Shown: positions 29,885 to 39,226, counted from the stretch's first letter. The stretch is DNA of 64,000 nt from Candidatus Limnocylindrales bacterium (GCA_038245515.1 JBBRSJ010000017.1:3446-67445); one strand, 5' to 3'. Made by a program: numbers and translations. Notes: generated by a model from the letters alone, not told the origin.

Positions 29885-30573
29885 CCGCCCGGCCGGACTC
29901 CGACGGACGGCGGCCGTGGCTGCTCGCGCTCGACACGGCCACGACCCGGATCGTCGTTGTGGCGTCCGATCTCGACGGCGCGCTCCTGGGCGCCACGAGC
30001 TGGTCGGCGGGCCGGACCCATGGCCAGCAGCTCCTGCCCGCAATCGGGCGGCTCACCGGTGAGGCCAACCTGCGCCGGTCGCGGATCCAGGGCGTGATCG
30101 TCGGGACCGGTCCCGGCGCCTTCACCGGGCTGCGGGTCGGAATGGCCGCGGCCAAGGCCCTCGCCCACGAGCTCGCCGTCGCCCTGATCGGGATCTCGAC
30201 GGGACAGGCGCTCCTGGCCGCGAGCGGTGCCGGCGAGCGGGCCGTGCTGCTCCTGCCTGCCGGCCCGAACGACCGGCTCTTCGTCCGCCGGGGTCGACCG
30301 GCCGTCCTGCTCCCGGGCGGCACGGAGCCCGACCTGGCGCCGGACGAGACCCTGGTGGCAGTCGACCTCGACGGGCGCGCGCCGATCGATGCGGTGGCCC
30401 GCGGGACCGTCGCCGCCGACGGGCTCGGAGCGGCGCTGGTCGCAATGGGCGTCGCCCGCTACACGGCGGGCGACGTCGACGATCTCGCCCGCCTCGTGCC
30501 CGAGTACGTCAGCCTGCCGCGCGGCGTGGAGCGCGAGAGCGGGGAGGTCGCATGGTCGCGCGACCGCCGGTGA
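29881..30573 (+). CDS. tsaB: tRNA t6A37 biosynthesis protein TsaB
   Basis: The ATG at 29881 overlaps the tsaE stop. LLALDTAT start and GTGPGAFTGLRVG motif. Confidence 0.9.
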   Translation: MTARPDSDGRRPWLLALDTATTRIVVVASDLDGALLGATSWSAGRTHGQQLLPAIGRLTGEANLRRSRIQGVIVGTGPGAFTGLRVGMAAAKALAHELAVALIGISTGQALLAASGAGERAVLLLPAGPNDRLFVRRGRPAVLLPGGTEPDLAPDETLVAVDLDGRAPIDAVARGTVAADGLGAALVAMGVARYTAGDVDDLARLVPEYVSLPRGVERESGEVAWSRDRR

Positions 30574-31160
30574 AGCTCACGATCGAGCCGATGCGGGTCG
30601 AGGATCTCCACGAGGTCCAGCAGATCGAGCAGGCGAGCTTCAGCACCCCGTGGCCCGAGAACGCCTACCGCAGCGAGCTGTTGACGAACCGCCTCGCGTC
30701 GTATCTCGTCGGACGGGCCGGCGGGTGGATCGTGGCGTACGGCGGAATGTGGCTGATGGTCGACGAGGCCCACATCACGACCTTCGCCGTCCATCCCGCC
30801 TGGCGCCGCCAGCGGATCGGCGAGCGGCTGCTCCTCGCGTTCATCGACCTCGCGCGCGACCGCCACGCCCGCGAGGCCACGCTCGAAGTCCGCCTTTCGA
30901 ACCTCGCTGCCCGGCGGCTGTACGAGAAATACGGGTTCCGCCCGGTCGGCCTCCGCCCGCGCTACTACAGCGACAACAACGAGGACGCGTTGATCATGAC
31001 CACCGAGCCGCTCGACGACCCGCGCCTGCGCGAGCGGATCGACCGGCTCCGGGCTGCGCTCGACGCTGCTCCGGCGCCCGAGAAGCCTTTCGAGCCGGTC
31101 CCGGACCCCGACCACGACGAGCCGCCGCCCTCGGGCGCGCCGACTGGGAGCGCGGCGTGA
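30552..31160 (+). CDS. rimI: Ribosomal-protein-alanine N-acetyltransferase RimI (GNAT)
   Basis: IEQASFSTPW...HITTFAVHPAWRRQRIGERLL...LEVR.SN..A..LY.K.GF. It sits between tsaB and tsaD. Confidence 0.88.
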   Translation: MVARPPVKLTIEPMRVEDLHEVQQIEQASFSTPWPENAYRSELLTNRLASYLVGRAGGWIVAYGGMWLMVDEAHITTFAVHPAWRRQRIGERLLLAFIDLARDRHAREATLEVRLSNLAARRLYEKYGFRPVGLRPRYYSDNNEDALIMTTEPLDDPRLRERIDRLRAALDAAPAPEKPFEPVPDPDHDEPPPSGAPTGSAA

Positions 31161-32299
31161 CCGGCACCGGGGCGAGCTCGGGCCCGATGATCGGGGCCGA
31201 CGGGCCCGTCCTCCTCGCGGTCGAATCGTCCTGCGACGAGACCGGCATCGCCGTGATCGCCGGCGGCCGCCGGATCCTCTCGAACGTCGTCGCCAGCCAG
31301 ACCGCGCTACACGCCGCGAGCGGCGGGATCGTGCCCGAGGTCGCGGCCCGCGCTCACCTCCGCTGGATCGTCCCGGTCCTCGATCAGGCGCTCGCGGACG
31401 CCGGGGTATCGATCGCCGACCTCGACGGCGTCGCGGTCACGCGCGGCCCCGGACTGGCGGGGTCGCTCCTCGTCGGGATCAACTTCGCGAAGACCCTCGC
31501 CTGGGTCCACGACAAGCCGCTCATCGGGGTGAACCATCTCGAGGGTCACCTGTACGCCGCGTGGCTGACCGACGTGGTGGGTACGGGCGGCTCTTCAGCC
31601 GGCGCCGACGCGCCCGAGCCGGTCTTCCCGCTTGTCGCCCTGATCGTCTCGGGCGGCCACACGTTCCTGGTCGAGATGCGCGACCACCTCACGTACCGGC
31701 TCCTCGGCCAGACCGTCGACGATGCCGCCGGCGAGGCCTTCGACAAGGTCGGCCGGCTGCTCGGCCTGCCGTACCCGGGCGGTCCGGAGGTGTCGCGCGC
31801 GGCCGATGCCGCGACCCGCCATGACGCCGCATTCCCGAGGGCATGGCTCGGCAACTCCTACGACTTCAGCTTCAGCGGGCTCAAGACGGCGGCTCGCCGG
31901 ACGATCGACGAGGCGCGCATTGCCGAGGGCCTGCCGACCGGCGCGTCGGCGGCCGCCGAACCCGACGCCCGGCTCTCCGACGCGGCCGTGGCCGAGCTTT
32001 CGTGGGGGTTCCAGGACGCCGTCGTCGACGTCCTCGTAACCAAGGCGATGCGGGCCGCGGAGATGACCGGTGCCCGCTCGATCGTGCTCGGCGGTGGCGT
32101 CGCAGCGAACAGTGCGCTGCGGACGCGACTGGCCGGCGAGGCCGAGGCGCGCGGGCTGCCGCTGATCGTGCCGCGGCCGGCCCTCTGCACCGACAACGGG
32201 GCGATGATCGGCGCCGCGGGGGCGCGCCGGTTCGCGGCCGGCGAGCGGGCCGATCTCGCCCTCGACGCGAGCCCGTCCCTGCCACTGGCCCGGCGATGA
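31157..32299 (+). CDS. tsaD: tRNA N6-adenosine threonylcarbamoyltransferase TsaD
   Basis: ESSCDETGIAV and GVNHLEGH motifs. GTG 31157 overlaps the rimI stop; ATG 31187 is an alternative start. Confidence 0.92.
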   Translation: MTGTGASSGPMIGADGPVLLAVESSCDETGIAVIAGGRRILSNVVASQTALHAASGGIVPEVAARAHLRWIVPVLDQALADAGVSIADLDGVAVTRGPGLAGSLLVGINFAKTLAWVHDKPLIGVNHLEGHLYAAWLTDVVGTGGSSAGADAPEPVFPLVALIVSGGHTFLVEMRDHLTYRLLGQTVDDAAGEAFDKVGRLLGLPYPGGPEVSRAADAATRHDAAFPRAWLGNSYDFSFSGLKTAARRTIDEARIAEGLPTGASAAAEPDARLSDAAVAELSWGFQDAVVDVLVTKAMRAAEMTGARSIVLGGGVAANSALRTRLAGEAEARGLPLIVPRPALCTDNGAMIGAAGARRFAAGERADLALDASPSLPLARR

Positions 32300-33240
32300 G
32301 CGGGCCGCGGGTCGACATTGGCGCAGCCCGGCAGCCGCCGGCCCGGCCGGTCCGGATCGATCCGGCTGCGGTCCGGGCGACCCTCAAGGCGGCCGGGCTG
32401 CGCGCCCGCCACGGCCTCAGCCAGAACTTCCTCGCCGATCCCGAGGTCCTCGAGAAGATTCTCGCCGAGGCTGCGCCCGGTCCCGGGTCGAGCGTGCTCG
32501 AGATCGGCCCCGGGCTCGGGCTCCTGACCGAGGGCCTTCTGGCGACCGGCGCCGCCGTCACCGCGGTCGAGATCGATCGCGGGCTGGCGGGCTTCCTGCG
32601 CGCCCGGTTCGAGGGCGCGCTCGAGGAAGGCAGCCTCCGCCTGATCGAGGGCGACGCGCTGGACCTCGACCTGACGACCGTGGTTCCGCCGCCATATGAC
32701 GTGGTCGCGAACCTGCCCTTCCACATCACGAGCCCGATCCTTCATCGCGTTCTCGGCACGGAGCCGCGGCCGGAGCGCCTCGTCCTGATGGTCCAGCGCG
32801 AGGTCGCCGAACGGATCGCCGCGCCGCCCGGCGGGATGAGCTACCTGAGCGTGTTCGTCCAGTACCACGCCCGGGTTCGGATCGCGTTCGACGTCCCGCC
32901 CGAGGCATTCGAGCCCGAGCCCGCGGTGCGGTCCGCCGTGATCGTCGTCGAGCCGTACCCGGCCGACGACCGGCTGCCGAGCCCCGAGGCCGAGGACGCG
33001 TTGTGGCGTCTCGTCCAGGCGTCATTCCGCGAGCGCCGCAAGATGATTCACAACGTCCTGTCGCGGCAGCTCCCCGTGGAGCCGGATCGCGTCGGCGCCG
33101 CGCTCGCCGCCGCCGGCATCGACCCCGACCGGCGACCCCAGACCCTCGCGGTGGGGGAGTGGCTGGCCCTGCTCGAGGCCTTCGGCGAGATCGGCCCGGA
33201 CCGGCGCGGCCGGCGAGACAACGAGGAGCCCGGCGTATGA
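32296..33240 (+). CDS. rsmA: 16S rRNA (adenine1518/1519-N6)-dimethyltransferase
   Basis: The ATG overlaps the tsaD stop. Contains GLSQNFL, VLEIGPGLGLLT and NLPFHITSPIL. Confidence 0.92.
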   Translation: MSGPRVDIGAARQPPARPVRIDPAAVRATLKAAGLRARHGLSQNFLADPEVLEKILAEAAPGPGSSVLEIGPGLGLLTEGLLATGAAVTAVEIDRGLAGFLRARFEGALEEGSLRLIEGDALDLDLTTVVPPPYDVVANLPFHITSPILHRVLGTEPRPERLVLMVQREVAERIAAPPGGMSYLSVFVQYHARVRIAFDVPPEAFEPEPAVRSAVIVVEPYPADDRLPSPEAEDALWRLVQASFRERRKMIHNVLSRQLPVEPDRVGAALAAAGIDPDRRPQTLAVGEWLALLEAFGEIGPDRRGRRDNEEPGV

Positions 33241-34319
33241 GCGCCCCGGACCCGGCGCGGCGCGTGACTCCGGTGGTCCGGCTCGCGCCCGCGAAGCTCA
33301 ACCTCACCCTTGCCGTGGTCGGCCGACGGCCCGACGGCTACCACGAACTCCACTCGGTCATGGCCCCGCTCGGCCTGGCGGATCGCCTGAGCCTGGCCGT
33401 GGATCCGCGGCCGGACGCCTCGGACACGCTCCGAATCGATGGGTTCGACGCGGGCCCGGTCGCGGCCAACCTCGTCCTCCGGGCGCTGGCGGCGACCCGG
33501 CGCGCGGTCCGCGCCCATCTCGACTCACCGCCGCCCGGACTCGTCGTCCGCCTCGACAAGCGAATCCCGGTCGCCGCCGGGCTTGCCGGCGGGAGCAGCG
33601 ACGCCGCCGCCGCGATCGACGGCGCACTCGAGGCGTGGTCCGCGACGGAACTCCTCGGGCCGGCCGAGCGCGCCGCCCTGGCTGCTTCGATCGGGAGCGA
33701 CGTGCCCTTCTTCGCCGCCGCCGGACCGGCCCTCGTCGAAGGACGCGGCGAGCGCGTCCTGCCGTTGCGCGGCCTGCGGCTCCACCCAGGCGAAGCAGCG
33801 CCCGGGATCCTCCTCGTCACGCCCGCGGTGGCGGCCCACACTTCAGCCGTATTCGACGCCTGGTCCGGTGGCGCGATGGGTCAGCCCGGCGTGGCGCGTC
33901 GCAGCTCCGAGCATTTCGCGAGCGAGTTCGGGTCCGGGCTGGGCGCGCGGCAGCTGCTCGAGCGGGCCGGCGTGCTCGCTTCATCGAACGACCTGCTGCC
34001 GGCTGCCGCGGCCGTCGTCGACGGGCTCGTCGGCCTGAGCCGGGCCCTCGCCCGCCTCCTCGCCCGGCCGATCGGCCTGTCGGGCTCCGGCCCGACCCTC
34101 TGGGCGCTCTATCCTTCGCTCGAGGACGCCGACCTGGCCGCCGCGTCGGTCCGAGCGGCTGTCGGCACGGGGTTCATCACGAGCCCGGGTGACGGGCCGC
34201 CGTTCATCGCCGCCACGACATTCGCGATCCGACCGCCCGAGGCCGACGCGGACGACGCTGCGGCGACGCCCCGCACCACCACCCCGCCACAGCCGCTCGA
34301 AGACAGGAGAGATCCATGA
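33237..34319 (+). CDS. ispE: 4-diphosphocytidyl-2-C-methyl-D-erythritol kinase (with C-terminal tail)
   Basis: The ATG overlaps the rsmA stop. Contains APAKLNLTLAVVGRRPDGYHEL and PVAAGLAGGSSDAAA. Confidence 0.9.
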   Translation: MSAPDPARRVTPVVRLAPAKLNLTLAVVGRRPDGYHELHSVMAPLGLADRLSLAVDPRPDASDTLRIDGFDAGPVAANLVLRALAATRRAVRAHLDSPPPGLVVRLDKRIPVAAGLAGGSSDAAAAIDGALEAWSATELLGPAERAALAASIGSDVPFFAAAGPALVEGRGERVLPLRGLRLHPGEAAPGILLVTPAVAAHTSAVFDAWSGGAMGQPGVARRSSEHFASEFGSGLGARQLLERAGVLASSNDLLPAAAAVVDGLVGLSRALARLLARPIGLSGSGPTLWALYPSLEDADLAAASVRAAVGTGFITSPGDGPPFIAATTFAIRPPEADADDAAATPRTTTPPQPLEDRRDP

Positions 34320-34726
34320 CTCGTCAGGCGATCCAGACCAGCGGCGCGCCGGCCGCGATCGGGCCCTACAGCCAGGGCATCCGGAGCGGCGAGTTCGTGT
34401 TCTGCTCGGGCCAACTGGGTCTCGACCCGGCGTCCGGCGAGCTCGTCGAGGGCGTCGAGGCCCAGGCCGAGCGCTCCCTGCGCAACCTCCAGTCGGTCCT
34501 CGACGCCGCGGGCCTGACCTTCGACGACGTCGTGAAGACGACGATCTTCCTCGCAGACGTCGGCGACTTCGCGGCCGTCAACGCCGTCTACGCGAAGTTC
34601 ATGCCGACGCCGCCGCCGGCCCGCTCCACGATCGGTGTCGGGGTGCTCCCGAAAGGCGGCCTCGTCGAGATCGAGGCGATCGCGCGCCGCGCTCTTGCCG
34701 ACGCGGTCGCCGCGCGCCGTGACTGA
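34316..34726 (+). CDS. ridA: RidA/YjgF family reactive-intermediate deaminase
   Basis: 136-aa ORF with APAAIGPYSQG...KTTIFL.D...F..VN.VY..F...PARS...V..LP.G..VEIE. Confidence 0.9.
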   Translation: MTRQAIQTSGAPAAIGPYSQGIRSGEFVFCSGQLGLDPASGELVEGVEAQAERSLRNLQSVLDAAGLTFDDVVKTTIFLADVGDFAAVNAVYAKFMPTPPPARSTIGVGVLPKGGLVEIEAIARRALADAVAARRD

Positions 34727-34878
34727 CCTCAACGCCGGCGAGCGGTTCGGGGCCGAGGCGACTGGCCGTTCCTGACCGCATCGCGACCAAACTGCCTCGA
34801 CGCCTCCCGTCCGGTCGCCGATTCCACGCCCACAGGCAAGACCGGGATTGCGAGAACAGGAGGGGCTGCTTCACGCGG

Positions 34879-34897
34879 ACGGATCCACCGGATCCGT
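34879..34897 (+). promoter_or_regulatory. 8-bp stem / 3-nt loop hairpin (ACGGATCC-ACC-GGATCCGT) in the ridA-glmU spacer
   Basis: Read directly from the sequence. It lies inside a 449-nt region with no convincing ORF. Confidence 0.3.
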
Positions 34898-34976
34898 GCT
34901 CAGCCCGTGCGTGAACGTGGCGTGGGCTCGACCCTCGCGGCCGCCAGTGGCGCGAAATGCTGCTCCCACCGGAATC

Positions 34977-35002
34977 GGCGCGCTCAGCCGGCGCGCTCAG
35001 CC
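34977..35002 (+). repeat. Tandem duplication of the 13-mer GGCGCGCTCAGCC
   Basis: Two perfect copies at 34977-34989 and 34990-35002, followed by a partial third (GGCC). Confidence 0.85.
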
Positions 35003-35072
35003 GGCCGCCGCCGGCCGAAGCGGGCCGAGCCGGACCCAGCGGTGAGGTTTGACGCGCGGCGCGGCGCGCCCA

Positions 35073-35078
35073 TACCAT
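35073..35078 (+). promoter_or_regulatory. -10-like TACCAT about 98 nt upstream of the glmU GTG
   Basis: TACCAT-CGCGCC-ACG. The hexamer matches the one in front of the polyprenyl synthase GTG, but here no start codon follows. Confidence 0.3.
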
Positions 35079-35175
35079 CGCGCCACGTTCAGATGACATC
35101 ACCACCTCGACACGCGCCGGGCCCTGACCGCGTCGGGATCGCCTCCCTGACCCTCGCCCGCTCGCGTCGCCCCTC

Positions 35176-36636
35176 GTGAACCCCCCAAGTCCCCGCTCGT
35201 CTTCCCGGGTCACGGCCGTCATCTTGGCGGCCGGCCTCGGCACGCGGATGAAGTCGCGGACGCCGAAGCTCCTCCACGCTCTGGCCGGCCGGCCGATGGT
35301 CGCCTATGTCGTCGACGCCGGCCGCGAGATCACCGGTCGCCGCCCACTCGTCGTCACGAGCCTCGCGACCGCGGCAGTCCGCGAGGCCCTTGGCGACACC
35401 GTCGACTACGCCCTCCAGGCCGAGCCGCGCGGGACCGGCGACGCCGTCGCGGCCGCGCTCGCCGCCCTTTCCGATGACGTCGACGAGCTGCTCGTTCTGA
35501 CCGGCGACGCACCCTTGCTCGACGCAGGCCTCCTGGGCGATCTGCTCGAGGAGCGCCGCCTCGACGAGGCCGCGATCGCGCTGGTCGCGGTCGACGCCAT
35601 CGATCCCGCCCATCTCGGCCGAGTCGTCCGCGACGACGCTGGGACGGTCGAGCGGATCGTCGAGCGCAAGGACGCGACCGACGAGGAGATCGCCATCGAC
35701 GAGATCAACTCCGGGCTGTACGCGTTCGATGCCGCCTGGCTGCGCGGACGGATCGGATCCCTCCATCCTTCGCCGAAGACCGGTGAGCTGTACCTGACCG
35801 AGCTCGTCGAGCTGGCCCGGGCCGACGGCCGCCTCGTCGTCGCGCTGACGGTCGAGGACGACGGGCGGCTGCTCGGGATCAACGACCGAGCGGAGCTCGC
35901 GCAAGCCGAGTGGGATCTCCGGACCCGGATCAACGGCCAGTGGATGCGGGCCGGCGTCACGATGCGCGACCCGTCGACCGCCTACATCGACGCAACGGTC
36001 GAGCTCGCCGAGGACGTCACGCTCGAGCCGAACGTGATCCTGCTTGGCACGACCAGGGTCGGTCCGGGCACGACGATCGGGGCCGGATCCCAGATCGTCG
36101 ACAGCACGATTGGGGCCGGCTGCCTGGTCTGGGCCTCGATCGTCGAACGGTCGGTCGTCGAGGACGGCGCCAGCGTCGGTCCGATGAGCCACCTCCGGTC
36201 CGGCTCGCACGTCGGACCCGATGCCGAGGTCGGCAACTTCGCGGAGCTCAAGAGCACCCGCCTCGGGCGTGGCGTCAAGCAGCACCACATGAGCTATCTC
36301 GGCGACGCCCAGCTGGGCGACGGGACGAACGTCGGCGCCGGCACGATCACCGCCAACTACGACGGTCGGCGCAAGCACCGAACGACGATCGGCGAGCGCG
36401 TCTTCCTCGGCGTCGACACGATGATCGTGGCGCCGCGGACGATTGGCGACGACGCGAAGACCGGCGCCGGCGCGGTCGTCACCCGCGATGTCCCAGCCGG
36501 CAAGCTCGCGGTCGGGATGCCCGCCCGGATCCGCGATCCGCGCCCGGCCGACGCGGCACCCGAACCGGTGGCCGGCGCCCCCGCGGCCGGCGCCCCCGCG
36601 GCGGCGCCGGACGCGACGCGCCCCGACCCCGCCTGA
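35176..36636 (+). CDS. glmU: Bifunctional UDP-N-acetylglucosamine pyrophosphorylase / glucosamine-1-phosphate N-acetyltransferase
   Basis: LAAGLGTRMKSRTPKLLH, left-handed beta-helix hexapeptide repeats, and NYDG..K..T.IG. Pro/Ala-rich tail. Confidence 0.93.
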   Translation: MNPPSPRSSSRVTAVILAAGLGTRMKSRTPKLLHALAGRPMVAYVVDAGREITGRRPLVVTSLATAAVREALGDTVDYALQAEPRGTGDAVAAALAALSDDVDELLVLTGDAPLLDAGLLGDLLEERRLDEAAIALVAVDAIDPAHLGRVVRDDAGTVERIVERKDATDEEIAIDEINSGLYAFDAAWLRGRIGSLHPSPKTGELYLTELVELARADGRLVVALTVEDDGRLLGINDRAELAQAEWDLRTRINGQWMRAGVTMRDPSTAYIDATVELAEDVTLEPNVILLGTTRVGPGTTIGAGSQIVDSTIGAGCLVWASIVERSVVEDGASVGPMSHLRSGSHVGPDAEVGNFAELKSTRLGRGVKQHHMSYLGDAQLGDGTNVGAGTITANYDGRRKHRTTIGERVFLGVDTMIVAPRTIGDDAKTGAGAVVTRDVPAGKLAVGMPARIRDPRPADAAPEPVAGAPAAGAPAAAPDATRPDPA

Positions 36637-37970
36637 TGATCGACATCCTCATCCTGATCCTGCTGACCCTCCTCGAAGGCTTCTTCGTCGCCGGCGAGAT
36701 CGCCCTGGTGTCGATCCGGAGGAGCCGGGTCGAGCAGCTCGTCGACGAGGGCAGCTCGGGAGCCCGCCGCGTTCGGCGGCTGCTCGAGGATCCGGGCCGC
36801 TTCCTCGCCGTCTCGCAGCTCGGGCTCACCGTCATCGGCTTCTTTGCGTCGGCGTATGCGGCGGTCAGCCTGGTCGAGAGCCTCACCACGATCCTCGCGA
36901 ACGCCGGCCTGGACAAGAACGGCGCGCACACGCTTTCGCTGGTCGTCGTGACCGTCGTCCTGGCCCTGTTCACGATCATCTTCGCGGAGCTCGTGCCCAA
37001 GACCCTCGCCCTCGCCAACACCGAGCGGTTCGCGATCGCGCTGTCGCTCCCGATCGAGTTCCTCGCGCGCGCCCTCAGCCCGCTGATCAAGCTCCTGACG
37101 GGCGTCACGGCGTGGATCACGAAGCTGTTCGGCGCGAACGTCTCGAACGAGGCCCAGATCACCGCCGAGGAGCTCCGCCTCATCGTCGAGCGCGGCGGCG
37201 AGCAGGGCGTCCTCGAGGCGGAAGAGGAGCAGATGATCAACTCGATCATCGAGCTCGGTGAGCGCCGCCTGCACGAGGTGATGGTCCCGCGGATCGCGAT
37301 CGCGGCGCTGCCCGCGTCAGCCACGCTCGAGGAGGCGATCGACAAGGTCGTCGACGAGGGCCACAGCCGCGTCCCGGTCTACGAGGAGTCGATCGATGAG
37401 GTCGTCGGCATCCTCTATGCCAAGGACCTGTTGCCGATCCTGAAAGCAGGCTCCGGACCGCGCCCGGGTATCCGGTCGCTGCTCCGGACGCCGGTCTTCG
37501 CGCCCGAGTCGATGACGATCGATGACCTCCTCCACGAGTTCCAGCGGCGCAAGGTCCACATCGCGATCATCCTCGACGAGTATGGCGGGACGGCCGGCCT
37601 GGTCACGATCGAGGACCTCCTCGAGGAGATCGTCGGCGAGATCCAGGACGAATACGACACCGAGGAGCCGATGGTCGTGCGGCTGTCCGAGGACGAGGCA
37701 CGGGTCGATGGCCGGGCCGACATCGACGATCTGGCCGAGCTCTTCGACACCGATCTCGGGCTCGAGGACGAGGACGAGTACGACACGGTCGGGGGCCTGA
37801 TCTACCACCGGATCGGCGGGGTGCCGTCGCCGGGCGACGTGGTCGAGGTCGACGGCCTGCTCCTGACCGTCGAGACGACCGACGGGCGCCGCGTCGGCAA
37901 GGTCCTGGTCGTCCGGAGGCGCCCCGACGGCGACGGCGATCCGCGCCCCGACGAGGACGGCGACCGCTAG
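36636..37970 (+). CDS. CNNM/CorC-type transporter (DUF21 TM domain + 2 CBS + CorC_HlyC)
   Basis: The ATG at 36636 overlaps the glmU TGA. N-terminal TM block, CBS pair (MVPR...V..VYE.SID.VVGILYAKDLL) and C-terminal TVGG...H..G..P..GD. Confidence 0.88.
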   Translation: MIDILILILLTLLEGFFVAGEIALVSIRRSRVEQLVDEGSSGARRVRRLLEDPGRFLAVSQLGLTVIGFFASAYAAVSLVESLTTILANAGLDKNGAHTLSLVVVTVVLALFTIIFAELVPKTLALANTERFAIALSLPIEFLARALSPLIKLLTGVTAWITKLFGANVSNEAQITAEELRLIVERGGEQGVLEAEEEQMINSIIELGERRLHEVMVPRIAIAALPASATLEEAIDKVVDEGHSRVPVYEESIDEVVGILYAKDLLPILKAGSGPRPGIRSLLRTPVFAPESMTIDDLLHEFQRRKVHIAIILDEYGGTAGLVTIEDLLEEIVGEIQDEYDTEEPMVVRLSEDEARVDGRADIDDLAELFDTDLGLEDEDEYDTVGGLIYHRIGGVPSPGDVVEVDGLLLTVETTDGRRVGKVLVVRRRPDGDGDPRPDEDGDR

Positions 37971-37991
37971 GGTCCGGGCGGCCCAGGCGTG

Positions 37992-38132
37992 TCGTGTGCG
38001 TCCGGCGCAGACAACGCCGAAGGAGGGCTCGTTCGGGCCCTGAAACGTCCCGTTCCAGCGTTGCTTCGTGCGTCACCCGCACCGGATGAGGGCGGGGGCG
38101 ATCGCCAGCCGCCGCATCGTGCGTCCGACGCA
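37992..38132 (+). repeat. Three dispersed copies of a TCGTG(T)GCGTC-led, partly palindromic 13-nt motif in a convergent spacer
   Basis: TGCGTCCGGCGCA at 37997-38009, TGCGTCACCCGCA at 38069-38081, and TGCGTCCGACGCA at 38120-38132 (perfect 6-1-6 palindrome). Each is preceded by TCG. Confidence 0.5.
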
Positions 38133-38175
38133 CATCAGCGTTCGGCGGATCGTCCGCGGCGGGTGGCGGGCACTG

Positions 38176-38191
38176 GGTCGGGCGCCCGACC
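38176..38191. terminator. 16-nt perfect palindrome GGTCGGGCGCCCGACC between convergent genes (candidate bidirectional terminator)
   Basis: Read directly. It lies 4 nt from the stop of the minus-strand polyprenyl synthase gene. Confidence 0.45.
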
Positions 38192-38194
38192 TCG

Positions 38195-39220
38195 CTAGGC
38201 TGCGATCACCGACACGATGATGTCCTCGAGGCGGGCCCGGGCCTCGGGATCGACGACGCCCGCCGCATCGAGCTCGGCAAGGGCCTCGTCGCGGTGGCGG
38301 CGTGCCTCGGCCCGGGTGAAGTCGTGGGCGCCGGTCCGCTCCAGGATCGCGATGATCTCGGGAACGTCGGCCGTGGTCGGGCCGCCGTTGTCATAGAGCG
38401 CGGTGAGGCGCTCGCGGTCGTCGCGGCCGGCGTGCTCGAACGCGTAGATCACCGGCAGGGTCTTCTTGCGCCGGGCGATGTCCGACGGCTTCTTGCCGGT
38501 TGCCAGCTCCGCGCCCCAGATTCCGAGGAGGTCGTCGTTGAGCTGGAACGCGAGCCCGAGCGCCCAGCCGAATCCGCGGTAGCGGGCGATGACCTCGTCG
38601 TCGTCGGACGCGAGCAAGGCGCCGGCCTCGATCGAGGCGGCAATCAGTGCGGCCGTCTTGCGCCCGATCATGTCGAAGTACAGGTCGACCGACATCACCT
38701 CGTCCGACTCGGATGTCGCGATATCGATGTACTGGCCCTCGCACAGCGCCACGCATGTCTCGTCGTACAGGCGCATCAGGCGGAGGACCTTCGTGTCGGA
38801 GAAGCCCAGGTCCGACAGGCGGTGCAACGCCATCCGGCTGAGACTGAACAGCATGTCGCCCGTGTTGATCGCCTGGGCGACGCCGTGGACTGCCCAGACG
38901 GTCGGGCGGTGGCGGCGCTCCCGATCGCCGTCCTCGATGTCATCGTGGACGAGGCTGAAGTTGTGGCCAAGCTCGACCGCGGCCGCGCCCGGCAGGGCGG
39001 GGCGGTAGTCGCCGGCGATCGAGGCGTAGGCGAGGAGCCCGAGGAGCGGCCGCATTCGCTTGCCAGCCGAGGCGCCAGTGCCGTCGAGGCCGAGGTGGTA
39101 GCGGACCATCTCGTAGACGCCGACAGTCGATGGGTCCCGGTCGCGCACGATCCGTAATATCTCGGCCTCGGTGTCCGCGATCAGGGCAGCGGCGTCGAGG
39201 ACCGGTTGGGCGGTGGTCAC
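38195..39220 (-). CDS. Polyprenyl diphosphate synthase (trans-isoprenyl diphosphate synthase family)
   Basis: HNFSLVHDDIED and FQLNDDLLG aspartate-rich motifs. The start is set at GTG 39220 because TACCAT lies 6 nt upstream. The track ORF begins at TTG 39247. Confidence 0.88.
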   Translation of the reverse strand: MTTAQPVLDAAALIADTEAEILRIVRDRDPSTVGVYEMVRYHLGLDGTGASAGKRMRPLLGLLAYASIAGDYRPALPGAAAVELGHNFSLVHDDIEDGDRERRHRPTVWAVHGVAQAINTGDMLFSLSRMALHRLSDLGFSDTKVLRLMRLYDETCVALCEGQYIDIATSESDEVMSVDLYFDMIGRKTAALIAASIEAGALLASDDDEVIARYRGFGWALGLAFQLNDDLLGIWGAELATGKKPSDIARRKKTLPVIYAFEHAGRDDRERLTALYDNGGPTTADVPEIIAILERTGAHDFTRAEARRHRDEALAELDAAGVVDPEARARLEDIIVSVIAA

Positions 39221-39226
39221 GCGCGC

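Noticed and set aside
34727-35175. Housekeeping RNA (RNase P RNA, SRP RNA, tmRNA, 6S) in the long ridA-glmU spacer.
   Set aside because: Neither strand contains the diagnostic strings I know: GAGGAAAGUCCGGGC and ACAGAAxCCGGCUUA for RNase P, GGUCCGGAAGGAAGCAGC for SRP, and a tRNA-like CCA-proximal T-arm for tmRNA. 6S RNA cannot be excluded by eye.
37989-38198. 69-aa ORF in the convergent spacer after the CNNM gene.
   Set aside because: The translation is rich in Arg/Pro/Ala/Gly/Ser/Asp with no motif and no Shine-Dalgarno site or TANNNT box at its start. The repeated palindromic motif better describes the region.
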